63,964 bases of DNA, filler included, from Pseudovirgaria hyperparasitica (GCA_010093815.1; 17 parts of 16 records of this genome joined end to end with filler, not necessarily neighbours in it); one strand, 5' to 3'; counted from the first letter of the whole stretch, positions 24,428-38,683 are shown. The notes: generated by a model not told the origin, from the sequence alone. Numbers and translations: made by a program.

Positions 24428-27400
24428 CTAGTACATTTTCCAAGACGCATATCATGCGCCGTGGAATAGCATCAAAATGGCAGTTTGCCTCCCAGATCAG
24501 TCCGTGACCTGGTGTGGTAGAGTTTTAGATGAATCGGAGGGTTTCTCATAATCCTGGAAGGTGAAAAGTACACAACCTATAATTATATCGTCATCTCCGT
24601 CAGATAACGGACGGTAATGTCACCTGACTCCTTGGTTATGCTCACAACGGCTTCAGCCTATAGATATAATAAGAACAATGGCCTGCAGAGAAATGTACAA
24701 GGCTTAAAGCTACTGAATCCATCCTCGGGATCAGTTCGCGGAATCGCTTTGAACTTTGAGATGTGTGTTGTGCTCTCGGAGCAAAGGGTTGCATGGGTCC
24801 CATAGCAATCAGTCACCCTGTTCAAGTGGAGGCTTCAGGCCAGCCACTGGTCGTACATAGTGCCTCAATACTGATGGAGGTTAGTGCTGGCAGCGCGTAT
24901 TGATGCTGCAATAGTAAGGGCCGTTCTGCATGTGACAAGTGATAGTAAGCTGCAACTCCTTATTTGAAATTGGAAGCACAGATCACCATGCACCCGCACG
25001 AGTCCAACTACCAACCTCTTACGCCCACGTCGTGCAACTTAAGGAGCTCTTTATGATATAGGCGCCGCCCCTCTCTCCATGTTCAAAGCTTTGTGGTCAC
25101 AGATCACCGCATGTTCGCAACACAACCACACATACATCTTCCGTACAATTCCAACTTCTGGGCAATGACAGCAGCGTACCAGTCTCATAGAATCCATTCG
25201 CCAAACCGACGAAAATGGTTCTACGGTCGTAAATGATACCGACCCAGTCCATGCTCCTAACAAAGACCGTGATTGGGAGGCAACGTCATTTCTGATTTCT
25301 CCCGATGATGAGCTTCACGACGGTGACAAAGAGGAGAACTACCAAAGTCGTTTTGAAAGGCATGTTGAGAGCCACGAAACTCGTCGGCGGCGGAAGATGC
25401 TCCGGCAACGCGATGACTTCTATAACCTCGATCCAGACTTCAATGTAATACCCGATTCGGGGCACAGAGATCGAGCTCGACTGTCCTCCGACCTAACTGT
25501 TGCCGCTGTCACTCCAATTCTCAGCAACTTTTCGTTCAAATCAGTCAACACATCATTCGGTGCAACCGACGGTTCATCATTCTTCAACCCTTCATCATTC
25601 ATTTCAGAAACGGCGATGGGCCCGGAAAGGGACCAACAAAGAAACGAACAGATTATCCGGCCAGGCACTCAAGAGTATGAAACTTCAGCGGCCGACCTCG
25701 CGAGCATTGACGAAACTATCACGCTGGTTACGACAGAAATCTCCCACAGGCCGACCCGTATTGTAGTCCGTGCAAAGCCGTCCCTAGTCCCAAATGAACC
25801 GAACAATTTGGTCCATACTGCGAGCTCCAGTCTTGAAATCGCCATAAGAGACAGCAATCCGACATTACTTTTCATCAGAAATTGAGGAAATCATGAACGT
25901 CCTTGTCTTCGGTGTCTTTCATCCCGGATACGACCATTCTACTGCTCACCGAGTGGCCAATCTATCCGTCGTGTTCGTTGATTACGGCAAGTGGTATTCA
26001 GTGGTCAAATGGCAGATTACGACCTGGAAACGGAAGTCAACGACGCTATTGCTAGACTGCCTTACGTTGTCGATAATAGAGGAAACAATATCCGACTATT
26101 TCCAATCCTCACGACATGATCAGAATGAATGCATGGTACAAAACATGATTATTAGCATGATTTGTGAATTGCGCAGCGATAGTGAACAAATCCGCATCAG
26201 GCGCCATTCTCTCTCTTATGGTCTATGTGACGTTATGTACTCCTGCTCCGTTCTTAACACATTCCTTTACCTCGACAATCTGCAAACGTCCAAGTTGGTC
26301 TTGATGAAAACGCCATCCAGTTATGACCGCGGTGTCACCTTTATGTGGAGTCCATTCTCGAGGTTGTACAGTCGACTGTGTTGCTTCAATTCCAGCCAAC
26401 GTGTTTTCAACAATGATCCCATTTGGCATCCCATCGCTAGGATTAGGAACCAGACTGATAGTCTCCCTCAAAGCCAACGAGATAAGTAGATCGCGAAGCG
26501 CATCAAGGAAGCTCGTGTCGAAGTGGGGTACACGTGTGTCACCTAAGCTGTATTCGAACGGCTCAAAAGTGAGCATGCTATTCAAATACAGCGAGTGCGG
26601 AACCAGCAAAGTTGCGTCCACAGAGTGTACATCGCAAACAGAGCAGACATCAATGTCTCCTGCGTTAAGACGATGTAACATGATTTGGTTGTCTTGTAGA
26701 TCGAAATGTCGATGGAGAAGTCCAACGCCATAGTGCTGTTGAACGTCATGCTCTATGAAAAGCTCTCCGATNNNNNNNNNNNNNNNNNNNNNNNNNNNNN
26801 NNNNNNNNNNNNNNNTTAATTAATTAANNNNNNNNNNNNNNNNNNNNNNNNNNNNNNNNNNNNNNNNNNNNGAACTATCAGGCAATGCAGCCTGTGTCTG
26901 ACTTACTCTCTTTTTCCGCTGATGCCTGAATGGATTCTTACCAGTGTGGCCAGGATTCTTGATGGCTGGACAATTCAGGTCGCAATGCTCGACTGGTACG
27001 TTCTGATCGTTGAGCATCGAGTGTATAGTGATTCTTTCCATGATAGACTCTGTAGCGTTAGGTCATTTAATTGAAAGACAGCAGAGATTGTGCGAGATCA
27101 AGCTGTTATACTGACATGTTGTTCGACAATGTTGGTTGGTACGCTAAGGACCGTATCTGCTGTGCCTCCTACCGTATGCCAAGGCGGATCACATAGTAGC
27201 AAAGGGGAGATCTACTACGCTTGCCGCAAGTCTCCTCCCTCCTAACTATCATCTTTCTATCTCATCAAAGATCGATCGTAGTAGAGGCGCAATAGCGTTA
27301 CCAAAATCTGATTCTTTCTACTCTTGCAGGCTGTTGGGTGTTATGTCGAGCCGCGTTGTGAAAGGAGTTTGTTATTGTCTTGAGAGCGGCAGACGTCCAG

Positions 27401-28574
27401 GTTCCAGGTTCCTGCACTGTGCAAAGATTGTGGCTGCGGCGCAGTAACAGACCGACGGCTTATGATCATTAGATCCAGAAGAAACATCTACGGCACTCGT
27501 CACATGGGTACTCTCTTAAGCCTATAAGTGGCCGAGTACGGCGAAGTCTGTTGGTAAGTAAGTCATAATATCACTTGAGGTAGCGACCGTCCATTCAGAA
27601 TATGTTCCCGTGCGAGTGATGAGCATGTGAGCGATGGATCCATACGACCATCCGGATTCATGGATGGATCCGTCTGTAACTTTTTCAGCGCGACTCTTGG
27701 TACGTGGTTCATCCTTCACTTGCTAAACCACGTAGGTTCTTTCTAAAGTTGCGGACGTAGTCTAATACTAGTAGAGGATAGACGATGAAGTCAAGAGGAT
27801 ATACATTTCCGAGTACAGTTAGACCTGGCCACTCCATTACACGCGATAGACTTTATCGCTATCCCGATTCGTTCGTCAATCCCAAGAGACTGACTTAAGC
27901 TATTCTCAGGCGCAACGAGTCTATCGAAGTCGGCTAGTATACCAGAAGCGCTCTCGCTCCCATTGCAACTCTTCTTTGAGCTCGAGATTCTTAGACAACC
28001 AGACTTAACAGGTTGAGGGTGCGAGATTGGCGGAAAGTCGACTCCCTTTTTCGAACGGATTAGCCCTATACTGGATAGGCAGGGATACACTTCTCGGCAT
28101 ACCGACAGTGAAAGCCCCTTAGGTATAGTAGAAAAGCAGCTGTAAATAGGAGAGGCATGGATTGAAAGTGACAAGATCCGGTCCGAGGTCCGAACCGGGC
28201 CGTCATTACAGCTGATCTCTTTACATTTCATTTCTAGTTAGTACTGTCCATATAGCATTGAACAGACTTTTGTGCGTGTGCGAGATAGACAGATCGTCCG
28301 ATGTCTGAGATTCCGTTACCGGTCGTGCGAAGGAAGTCCTCAGCCGTATGCTTGATCCAAGTATACGCCTGGGTCCCCGAAACTGGGTCAAGTTTGCTAA
28401 ACTGTATTGCACGCGGACGCCTTTGAAATCGTAATCTTGTTTTGGTAGCACATCGTTAGCATAGACCACGAAGGATGTTCGACGATAACTGCGCAAGGAT
28501 GATTCTAAGTAATGTATAGTATAAAACCTGTTTGGTTAAGCTAGAGGGCTGCTTGGGAGATACTTCGTACAACG

Positions 28575-29484
28575 ATGGATGACCAGTCTTGCCATCCGGG
28601 TATGAGTATCTACAGCATCACGCCTCCAGACAGCGAAGTTGCGCTCTGTGCTGGTGTCCCTGACAACCTTAATGCCACTTGGGAGAATTGGACCTTTCCT
28701 TCGAGCTCTCCACCGGCGATCTTATATCGAAACAACCTAGGGTCTGGACACATGACAGCTGATTCCTCCGACTTGTTCGCTGACGTCAATGAATACTCCT
28801 TTGAGCCGGACTTGAATCTTCCGAGGGCACAATGTCAATCTCCGTGGCCAATCGAGTTCCAACAAGAAAACTGGGAGTCGCTGCAGGAGACGACCGCAAC
28901 ATGGAACACCACGTCAGAAGATATCTCTTGGAGAGAATGTGAGCCTCGGGTCGTCCAGACAGATCCATATCATGGACTCCCTGAGCAGGTAGCATTGCTC
29001 GAGCTTCGTATGACACAGGAAGAGTATTGGACAGATCAGCTCCAGCTCTGTTCTACTCGGCTGGATGCTCGAGCATTTGACTTGGAAAAGAAGTCAGGTT
29101 CCTATCAAGGCAGGATTGACTGCCTGGAGGAGAAAGTAATTGCGCTAGAGGGAAGCAGAGAGTTGCTACAGCAAAGCAACTCGCAACTCGAAAAGCAGAT
29201 GGATTCTGCATCAAAGCAGATCGACCGGCTCACGGAGCAGAACACGGCGCTCCGGTGGTAAGTTGACTGTGCTCTACCTGTCCCCGCATGAGGTCTCATG
29301 GGCTGATGGTACACGAAGGGATCTCGATAGCGTAAAAACGTATCTCGAGCAGTTCCAGGACTGGTCCTTTGAACTCAAAAACTCTGTTGACTCGATCGCT
29401 AGCAGTTGCAAGCAGCAAGAGGACGACGGTTCGGAACGGAGACTAATAGCTCTGCGACCAAGAAGCGAGACAGCATCGGTTTAA
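28575..29484 (+). CDS. Hypothetical coiled-coil protein (2 exons; intron ~29258-29318)
   Basis: 228-aa ORF with heptads (LEEKVIALEGSRELLQQSNSQLEKQ). A GTAAGT...GCTGAT...AG intron continues in frame as WDLDSVKTYLEQFQDWSFEL. Confidence 0.65.
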
Positions 29485-29865
29485 CCTCGGGCTTATCTGA
29501 GACTGTCGGTGATGGCATTCATAGTTATCTACAGACAGGTCCCTATCGTAATTATCTAAGAGCTGTATAGCTGCATAGTGTAGTTCAGCCTAAGATAGCC
29601 TGTTGCATTGTGCTTTGATGCCTTATGTGTCCGAATTCGACGTAGGTTTCCAAATTCAGCTAGGTCTCGTGCCCATTCAGAAACCGCTTCATCGTCAACG
29701 TTAACTAAGTGAACGTCAAGTCATGATATAGGACGTCCGACTAGGAGCTTATAGGTGTTTCAGCTCGAAATGAGTGACTTTAATATTGTTTGTTTCATAT
29801 GCCAATTATCTCATGATCAAATTGTAAATCTATTGATATATGACATAGCTAACGTAGATCTTATA

Positions 29866-30399
29866 TTACCTTCGAAAGAAATCAATGCTCAGACAGAGTG
29901 AAACTCCACACAGCAGTAAGGACAGCGATGTTGACAAGTCATGCCCGGTACTTGTTACGTGGACAGGGTCGCCTAGCATTACTGTTGGAAAGGCAGTGCC
30001 CCCGACGAAAGACCCTGTTCCAGTGCCCCAAAGAACACTCTGCGTCGAGTTTGGGTATGGATATGGAACCTTGTTTGACAAGGGTGGCGCAGGTGAGAGT
30101 GGAGAGAAGCGAGCAACATCAGAAGTGTCGAGGACAGAGCTTGGCATCGACGGGTCATCGATCTGTGAGCTTCCGTCCTCTGCTCCTCTCCAAGTGGTTT
30201 GACGAAGCTCCGATGACGATGACGTCAGGGTTGGCAAATTTTTCCCGGCTCCGGCGGTGACCAGAACTTGAGTAGGCGAGGAAGGTTCTGTAATCTGAGA
30301 AAGAAGAAGTGTGCCTTGACCTACATGACCATGAAATGAGATGCCGAAAGCCACCGTCACGACTGCAGGGTCTCCAGTGTCCATGTCTGTGGTCTGCAT
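29866..30399 (-). CDS. Ser/Thr/Pro-rich protein with a GPI-like hydrophobic C-terminus, probably 5'-degenerate
   Basis: PYPYPNST...GTGTGS...TSTGHDLSTSLSLLLCGVSLCL; no clear signal peptide in frame. Confidence 0.4.
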   Translation of the reverse strand: MQTTDMDTGDPAVVTVAFGISFHGHVGQGTLLLSQITEPSSPTQVLVTAGAGKNLPTLTSSSSELRQTTWRGAEDGSSQIDDPSMPSSVLDTSDVARFSPLSPAPPLSNKVPYPYPNSTQSVLWGTGTGSFVGGTAFPTVMLGDPVHVTSTGHDLSTSLSLLLCGVSLCLSIDFFRR

Positions 30400-31134
30400 G
30401 GCAAGTAGTGGAATGGCATAGAGTCGAGGAACAACGGGCCAAGTATCAACCTGCCTGATATACTGCGTAGGACAGACTTAGCACGGCAAGGACCGGAAAC
30501 GGGCTCGGCTGTTCCTAGGTCCTCTGATAGTAAAGCAGTCCCGAACCGTTTCTGCTCTTCTTGTCCTATAAGGGGTGCGGACTACACGGGACGGACATGA
30601 GTGAGATAATTCGAGCACTAAGGTATGTTCTAAGATTAAAAAAGTTGTCAGAATATCAGCCCAAATATACGATCAATCTTCGACCACATTAGATTATGTA
30701 AGCAAGCTGATAACTGCATATCGGCGGATAAGACTTGAGAGCTGGGTTGTACAGATTCACGATTGCGCCGTGGTCCCGTTGTGCTCGCACATTCCTGCTG
30801 CGGCTGGAGGCGTTCTAGCTTTGAAACGATTCTCCGACTTTTCTTTCTTTTCGGATCGAGAGAGGGGGCACCAATACTTACAGGTCGCCGATAGAACTAT
30901 GTCCGTTGGGTGCATCACTTCTTACAGGTACTCCGGGTGTTGTGCCGACTCCGCGCACGAATGTGTTACCCCTAAGACAGGTTTATCCTTACATTGCTGC
31001 AGTGCTACATTATGGACGCGTGATAATCGTTTTGNNNNNNNNNNNNNNNNNNNNNNNNNNNNNNNNNNNNNNNNNNNNTTAATTAATTAANNNNNNNNNN
31101 NNNNNNNNNNNNNNNNNNNNNNNNNNNNNNNNNN

Positions 31135-31260
31135 GAAGCCTCAGAAGATTGCACCGGAGATGGGTGTTCCGTGGCGCTCTGCTAAAGCAATGCATTGGAC
31201 GTTGGGGCATGATGAGATTGCATAGCGAGCCAACCAGCTAGTGTTCTCACTAAACGCTAC
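31135..31260 (+). pseudogene. MYB/SANT transcription factor fragment (downstream exon)
   Basis: QKIAPEMGVPWRSAKAMHWTLGHDEIA*RANQLVFSL matches the conserved 'VPWRAAEAMHWQLG' segment of fungal MYB proteins and has an in-frame TAG. Confidence 0.7.
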
Positions 31261-32419
31261 TGCCACGGCTGGACTAGAGGCTGCGTCTACTTCACTCTCA
31301 TCCCAAAACTCGGAGTCGGAAAGATCCGAAGCACCGTGTATAAGACTTTGAATCTTTACTACTAGAGAACCGACCAGATCGCACGATTAATACGGACGAG
31401 GAACAGCTGAAAATCACAACCACTGCTCTCGTGGAAATTCTGTCTGGAGAACTTCGTTGGTTATCAGATAAATGTCCTGCGCTATACAATGGGGCCCACG
31501 AAGCTCTAAACGGTATCGGAGTACGCTCTTCTTCGAAAAAAATTGAACGCATAGCAGCAGGTTCCATAGCAGCAGGTTCGCAAAGCCCATAGTCAATCAA
31601 ACTTCGCTTCTCTCTCTCCCATCATGTCCATGGCCATCTTGCCACCGTCTATCAAAGTTGGCAGTCTTACAGTCGCGTAATAACCCCCAATATATAATTG
31701 AATACTACCCAACTTAAGGCCAAAATTGGAAGAGGAATTGAAGAGCTCTGTGTCCTGGTGGTGGTGATAATGGATGATAATTGTCTCCTTAAGGAGAAAA
31801 AGCGATGAATTTGCTATTAATGTTATGGATCCAACTGTGGGTCCAATTAAGGGCAAAGATTTGAAGAGGAGACCTATGTTTTCATGGCTATGGCTGGCAT
31901 TCTCTTCGTTAACTAGATGCATCCTATGCCCACAGACACATCGGTAATCGGTGGGTTCTGCGAACCCCGGTTGGTCGTGTCTTTTTCTCGAAAAAAGAAA
32001 TACGAGCCGGGGGTTGGTACACATGTAAAAATTCACGATTGCGCCGTGGTCCCGTTGTGCTCGCACATTCCTGCTGCGGCTGGAGGCGTTCTAGCTTTGA
32101 AACGATTCTCCGACTTTTCTTTCTTTTCGGATCGAGAGAGGGGGCACCAATACTTACAGGTCGCCGATAGAACTATGTCCGTTGGGTGCATCACTTCTTA
32201 CAGGTACTCCGGGTGTTGTGCCGACTCCACGCACGAATGTGTTACATTATGGACGCGTGATAATCGTTTTGCCTGGAACCGGTGCTACCACGAATATAGA
32301 TTAAATGCTACGTGGATTCATTATGCGACACTGGCAGGTAGCGCAGTGTAATTCTCTTCCACTCGTCCACCCGGTTATTACCTGTGTACCACGCGCTTAC
32401 TGGATTGACCGCCGGAGAC

Positions 32420-32545
32420 TTCCCTCCAGGTCGTGTGTCGCCTTATCAAACCCGCCTTTCAAGACCTCGGGCGCCATGAATTCTAGTGTTCTAGTCATGT
32501 GGCGCGCACTTGTCTGCTCGATCTTCCCATTATTATCGATCGGGA
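32420..32545 (-). pseudogene. FunK1-type fungal protein kinase fragment
   Basis: SARHMT(R)TLEFMAPEVLKG...HDLE resembles the FunK1 'RHRTGTxxFMAxxVL...HDLES' motif. Confidence 0.55.
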
Positions 32546-33729
32546 TAGTAGGCTCTCAAGATGAGCGCAACGAAGGTTGTGCCAGCCGACGAGATCGCCG
32601 TGATAGCAAGTCCAGCCGACACCGCGAGCGCGAGAGAAGTCCGCGTGGCGAGAAAGAGGGAAGCAACCGACGCGAATGTGACGATGGACGAGCGAGGCGG
32701 AGAGCGCGAACGTGAACGTGAAGTGTTGAGGCCTGTAATTTATTAGACTCGGGATTTAATAATATGGGGAAGCTACTTCGCAGGATGCGCCAGATGAGCC
32801 CGTAAGTCAAAGGGACCACGCGAGAATCGTTAAATTTTGAAAAGGATCGTTATGGGGGTGCTTCTGACGGTCGTTCAGAGTATACCAACTCAAAGCTACG
32901 GCGCTAATAGCAGAGGTGATACAGAACAGGCAAGATATCTTCATAGTGTTGGGCTCACTGGTCCGTGAAAAACAAAAGTAGAAGAGCGCGGAGAGAAGAG
33001 CAACCATATGCAGCTAGAGGTTACTCCTAACCACGCTGGGTTCAACAGAATTATTACCATTACAGTATAATGAAAGAGATCTTAATGAAGGAGCGGTTAT
33101 AGAAGGTAAACTATCTATAGATGGCTGTTACGATCTTGGTCAAAAACCGTTATCTCTCTGACATTAGTCTCCACTGTCACGGACTTTATAGCCAACTCGG
33201 ATGCGTATATGGTGTAGACAAAACACCCAAATCCATTCTGCAAAGAACGGAAAGCGCCTTTTAAGCAGGCTAGAATCGATAGCCAATAGGCGATGGCAAA
33301 GCTGTACCAGCCTATAGCGTGGCTCTAACACGGATCCTGTAAACCCCTAGCACTCGGCAATATCTACGCGTCCAGCATCTTATAGGTATCGTTATGATAG
33401 AGCATCACTTCGCGATATTATACTGTCGGGACTTTAGTTCACCCTTGGTCAAGAGCCGAGCAGCGTCCTGATCGACGGGCAGGTCGTCTTGCTAGGCAGA
33501 GGTAGACGATGTCTCCAATTCACGCCCACGATAATCCGACCAGGACCGCATCACAACTAGGAAGCCTAATCAAAGTCCCATCGAGTATGAGTATAACCAG
33601 GTTCATGTAAAGAGCTAGTTGGAGCGTTGAGTAATAGAGTACGTAAGATTAATTTTAACGGCCAGGGAATGGTCTCCTACATTTTAAAATTTCTAGGCTT
33701 AGGGAAATCTTCATGAGTTCAAAAACCAA

Positions 33730-35040
33730 TCAAGATGGTCCGATCGTGTATCGGTTCTGGCAGGAGAACTTCTGAAACGCGTCGTCTAGCGCTTTATCAT
33801 AATCTGTTCGCAATAGAAGAGTGTTAATGCTGGTAATAAAATCTGCCCTATCTGCAAGGGTGTGCTTCAGAATATCTGATGACGCGAGTATCGTCATCGT
33901 CGTCACGTCCGCCCACTCGGCCACGATGGGCAGTAGCTGTAGGCCTGACAACTGGCTGCTATCGCATCGTTCAAGGAAGTGTCGTAGCACGGCGTGGTTG
34001 TTAAACGTTATTGCCGTAGTAAATGGTGAGTGTCCGTTATTCGCTACATAGCTCAAGTCGGCGCCATGGTTGAGTAGCATTTCCGCAAACTCGACAGTCT
34101 GCATGCTAGCAACAGTCTGCAACGCGGTACGACCCTCTGGATTGCGATGATTGATTTCGGCGCCAAATTTGATAAGCAGCTCTACCATCCCTATCAGACC
34201 GCCAAAGGTGGCCGAAATGAGTGGGCTGCTGCGAAACAAGTCTTTTGGCACCTTAGGATTAGGACTTGCCCCAGCCTCGAGGAGAATGCGGAGTACCTCA
34301 TTATTATGACTGTCCACCGCATGTAGAATTGTAGTGCGCCCATCGATATCCATCGTGTCCACCGGGGAACCGCGATCTATCAATAGCCTCATATGAGCGA
34401 GCTGTGACAGGGCTGTGGCCCAGTCAAGCGCAGTTCGGCCCATAGCATCTTTGCTTCGTATAGCATCTGGATTGCTATCGAGCTCATCCTTAAGCAGCTT
34501 AGATGACCGCCCTAAGATAATTTTATGGACCAAGGGAAATTGTTGTTCTTCGAACCAATCCGCATGTTCGTACTTGTCCGGAGGGTTCATTGTAATGCAA
34601 CGAAGCTCGTTTAGCTCCCTAATGGTACATTTATGGCGATATGCATAATCCCATACATGATGATATGACCTGAAAATCGGTTACTAATAGTAGTCTTATT
34701 AAGACAGCGAACTTTGGTGCCTACTCATCATCAACGAACGCCCCATGATTAAGGAGGAACTTCACGGTCTCAAAATTGTGCATTCCGCCGTAGAGTGCCC
34801 ACTAATATTGTGCTTAGTAACATTTCGGCAACGTGGTAATTAATAGCCGGAAGGTGATGAGACCTACTCTTACTAAACTAAATTCCCGAGTATTGCTCAC
34901 GGCTGTCGGAGAAGCGAGTCCTTGGCTAAAAAGTAACTTCAAGCCGTCAATGTTTCCTTCTACAGCGAACCGAACTGACTGTGCAGAATCTGGAACCTTT
35001 ATTTCATTTCGTAATTGAAGTGGCGGCCTCATATTGCTAG
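33730..35040 (-). CDS. Ankyrin-repeat protein, multi-exon, 5' end missing
   Basis: VRFAVEGNIDGLKLLFSQGLASP / WALYGGMHNFETVKFLL / DAMGRTALDWA, DIDGRTTILHA, NPEGRTALQTVA, NNGHSPFTTAI. GT-AG introns near 34805-34870 and 34670-34725. Confidence 0.85.
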
Positions 35041-36048
35041 CAGGCAGAACCATGGTGTATTTGCGATGTCGGTGCCCTTGTCTTTCCCCAGTCTCAGTAT
35101 AATAAGACCTATCGAGATTCTGCACGTTTGTCCTTCCGCTACTATTAGTGCGGCCCTGGTTAGTAGCTAATTATAGTTAATCTTTGTATTAAATAGAGTA
35201 CGAGGATGGATTTTTACCTGCATGAAAAGAATCGTATGTTACATTCTCAAAATGTGCNNNNNNNNNNNNNNNNNNNNNNNNNNNNNNNNNNNNNNNNNNN
35301 NTTAATTAATTAANNNNNNNNNNNNNNNNNNNNNNNNNNNNNNNNNNNNNNNNNNNNCCTAGATTAGAGCGACTAGTAGCTATATTAGTAGTAGAGGTAG
35401 AAGTAGTAGTAGTAGCCCTAGCTACCCTCTTCTCCGACTTAGAGCGCGCCTTCATGCTACCTTAATAGATAGGCTTCTTAGCCGGCGTAGCTAGGGAGGA
35501 GGTAATGCCTTTAGAGCGAGTCTTACGAGAGGAGGAGATAGGCTTAAAGATAGGACTAGTATTAGATATCTATATATATACGTTAGCTAGAGATCTAAGG
35601 AAGGAATATTCGTCTACCCTTAACGGTAATTAACGAAGCTAAATTAGTAACCGTAATAACGTAAATAGGTTATATAGGACCGGTTCTAATAAGAATAGAC
35701 CATAATAGACCCTTCTAAACCTAAACTAGGGAAGATAGTATATGAATTAACGACTTACCTTAAGAGTAAGGTAGATATACTAGAGAATAAAATTAAAGGC
35801 GAGCGAAGCTAAATATATGCTCGACTAAAGTAGCGATTATATATCCTAGGTAGTAGCTATAAAGTAAGGGATAAGCGCGTGTATAAACTAGTAAAAGTAA
35901 ACTAGAATCTCGAGTTCACCTATATTAAGGATAGTTATAACATTATAGGAACTTAGTCACGGATATATAGATATACGGTGGATTATAGAGACTTAGAATT
36001 ATATATACTTAAGTACTTTAGGGCGAAGTATAAAAAGAAGAAGAATAT

Positions 36049-36286
36049 TATTAGGACGGGAACCCTAATAGATCTATATAGACTATTCTAATCCATGTAG
36101 CCACGTAGCGGCCAGAGCTAGGATAAGTTAGCTAGGTTAAGCGAGGTTACTATATAAGTAGACCGTATAAACTAATTCCTACTCGTTAGGAATTAACCTC
36201 GTATAAGAGTAAGACTACTCTATAAATACATTTCTATATCTCTCTATAAACTATTAGACTACTATCCCACGTCTTTACTTATTACA
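36049..36286 (+). mobile_element. LTR, RIP-mutated (copy 1)
   Basis: 238-bp direct repeat of 38684-38921; T(A)TTAGG...ATTACA corresponds to RIP-altered TG...CA ends. Confidence 0.85.
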
Positions 36287-36829
36287 ATACCCTATTCTTT
36301 AAAGGGTGCTCGGCGTGTAACCCTATGAAACTATCTCTCGTGTTATAGATTTAGTGGTACTTATTACGCTAATTGGTATTAATGGTAATTGCGAGCGACC
36401 ACCTCTACGTCTTTCTTTATTTTAAACTACTAGCCTTGTTTTTCTAGGGCTCCTAGTAGTCCGGGCCATATAAAGTAACCGAATTATTAATATATAGTTT
36501 CTACCAGCGACTTACGGTATTGTTCCGGGATGTAAGGCGCTGAATTTTCCGCTAAATCTTCTTAACTATTATTGTTAGGACTTAGCCTTAGATAGAACCC
36601 GACCTACACGTACCTTAGCTAACAGGGTTAGGAGGTAACGTGAAGGGCGGTAAATAGTTACGTGCTAGATAGATCGGCGTCCCTTTATATATATACTCTT
36701 AGATTTCTACTAAAAGGGTTCGGTAGTAATTCGTCCTATAATAGAATACACTCTATTATTCCATCTAGCTACACTAATATCTAACTACCCTATTCTTACA
36801 TTCGAATTACTCCCCATATAGTACTATAG

Positions 36830-38683
36830 CTAAGATAGTCTAACTAGAACTAAGAAGGTCGATATAATCTACTATAGGGACAAGTAACACTATATTAAAC
36901 AATAGGGATCCTCTATAATTAGTATTAAATCCGGCCGTTCTTAATAGAGAAGTAGAGATGTCCGACCGAATCACGGAACTTTCTAATAAGGAAATGGTAG
37001 ATACACTAAGCGACTTCCCACGATAGGAAGCTAGATAATAAGTCGTGGTAGAGCTACACGAGGAATCGCAACCATTAATCGCCGAACTATAGAAGTACAT
37101 CGCCAATTAAGCCTAAGAGATATAGATCCTTAAAGAATAGACCGAACGTGCGAAACTCCTCGTAAAACGATAAGAACTTAATAAGTCTCTTAAAAGACTA
37201 CGCGGAGCAATAATAGCTAAACGACAGCCTATACTAATCTAGGCGGAATTAATTCATCCCCTACTAGAATTATAATAATCTACTATAGTTCCGGCCACTT
37301 CACTACTAACTTACCCTATCCCGTCTCTAGGTATGCCGAAATCTAAAGATCCGACTATATTTATAGGGAAGAACTAAAAGGAGTAGAAAGATTAGAAGAG
37401 AGACTACGAGAAGTACTTTCTCGATAACCCTATGCTCTTTTCTACCGAAGTATAACGTATTTTATTCGGAGAACGTTACTTAGGTTTATAATCCCGCGAT
37501 TAATAGAATAGATAGAAGGAAGTTAAGCTACTATCGGCGATAACCTAGGAACATTTAGCTATATTTATACTAAATACCCTTAGAACTAATAGAGAACGCG
37601 AAAGAAAGGCACTATCTAAGTTAAGAAGCGTAGCATAACGACCGAACTAGACACCTACTTAACTACTATAATACCTATAAAACCTCTAGGATAATATCCC
37701 TACACTATAGGAAAATATTCGTATATTCTAGTTTCGCGAAGTACTACTCCCGTTAATCCGCGAAAGATTAGGAATAGTATTATTAAGTTTTAACTATCTA
37801 TACGAATTAGAGGAGAAAGCTAATAAACACTACCGTATCCTTAAGAAACGCGGCTCTCTAGATAAAACCGACGAACTCTATACGGGTTAGAAACGAGGTT
37901 AATCGAATACGTTCGATTAAGAGTAACCTTACTACGATTAACGCTAGAAGAGCGTAAATCGGGGTAGAAACGCGTTAAGAGGATACTAAAATAATTAAGG
38001 CGGTAGTTCCTAACGCGGAAAAGGATAAGGCATAGGCTTAAATATAACGCCTATCGTAAAATAGTAGGATTATAGCGCACTCTATTACTATAAGTATAGA
38101 GAAAAGGGATATATTTCGCCTAACTATAAGAATCTAAAAAAAGAATAGGCTAGTACGCGAGACCTAACCGCGTTCTTAGCTAAATTATATATACTTAGGA
38201 GGAGCCGTAGCGCCTTCCGGCGAGTAAAGACCTAATATTACTAAAAGTATCGTTATCTATAGTAAATAGTAATAAAACTATATAGGCCCTCGTGGATACT
38301 AGTATAGAAGATAACTATATTTCGTCGATTCTCGCTAAGGAGTATAGATTATCGTACGATCTCGGTAAAGTTAGCCGAACTATTATAGTTAATGAATATA
38401 AAGTTAGAACTTTAGGTAAAACTATAACGAATTATAAAGTTTATAACTTAAAGATAATAAAATAGTAGATGTCTAATAAATTTATCGTGGCTAATATTAG
38501 CTAATAGAATATAATTCTAGGGATGCCTTAGCTTAAACGCCTAAACCTAATTCTCGATTTTTAGAAGGAGATATTAACGTTCCGTCGACATCGCGGTAAA
38601 TTATACTAGTAAGTCGTAACTATTAGTAAGGAGGCATAGAACCTCGCCGTACGGACCCGATTATCGCTAATCTACCTTATATC
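36830..38683 (+). mobile_element. RIP-degraded Ty3/Gypsy gag-protease region
   Basis: RIP-damaged zinc knuckle (YYKYREKGYISPNY for CxxCxxxGHxxxxC), protease ALVDT(G)xEDNYIS and IILGMP(W)L; truncated by the second LTR. Confidence 0.8.
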
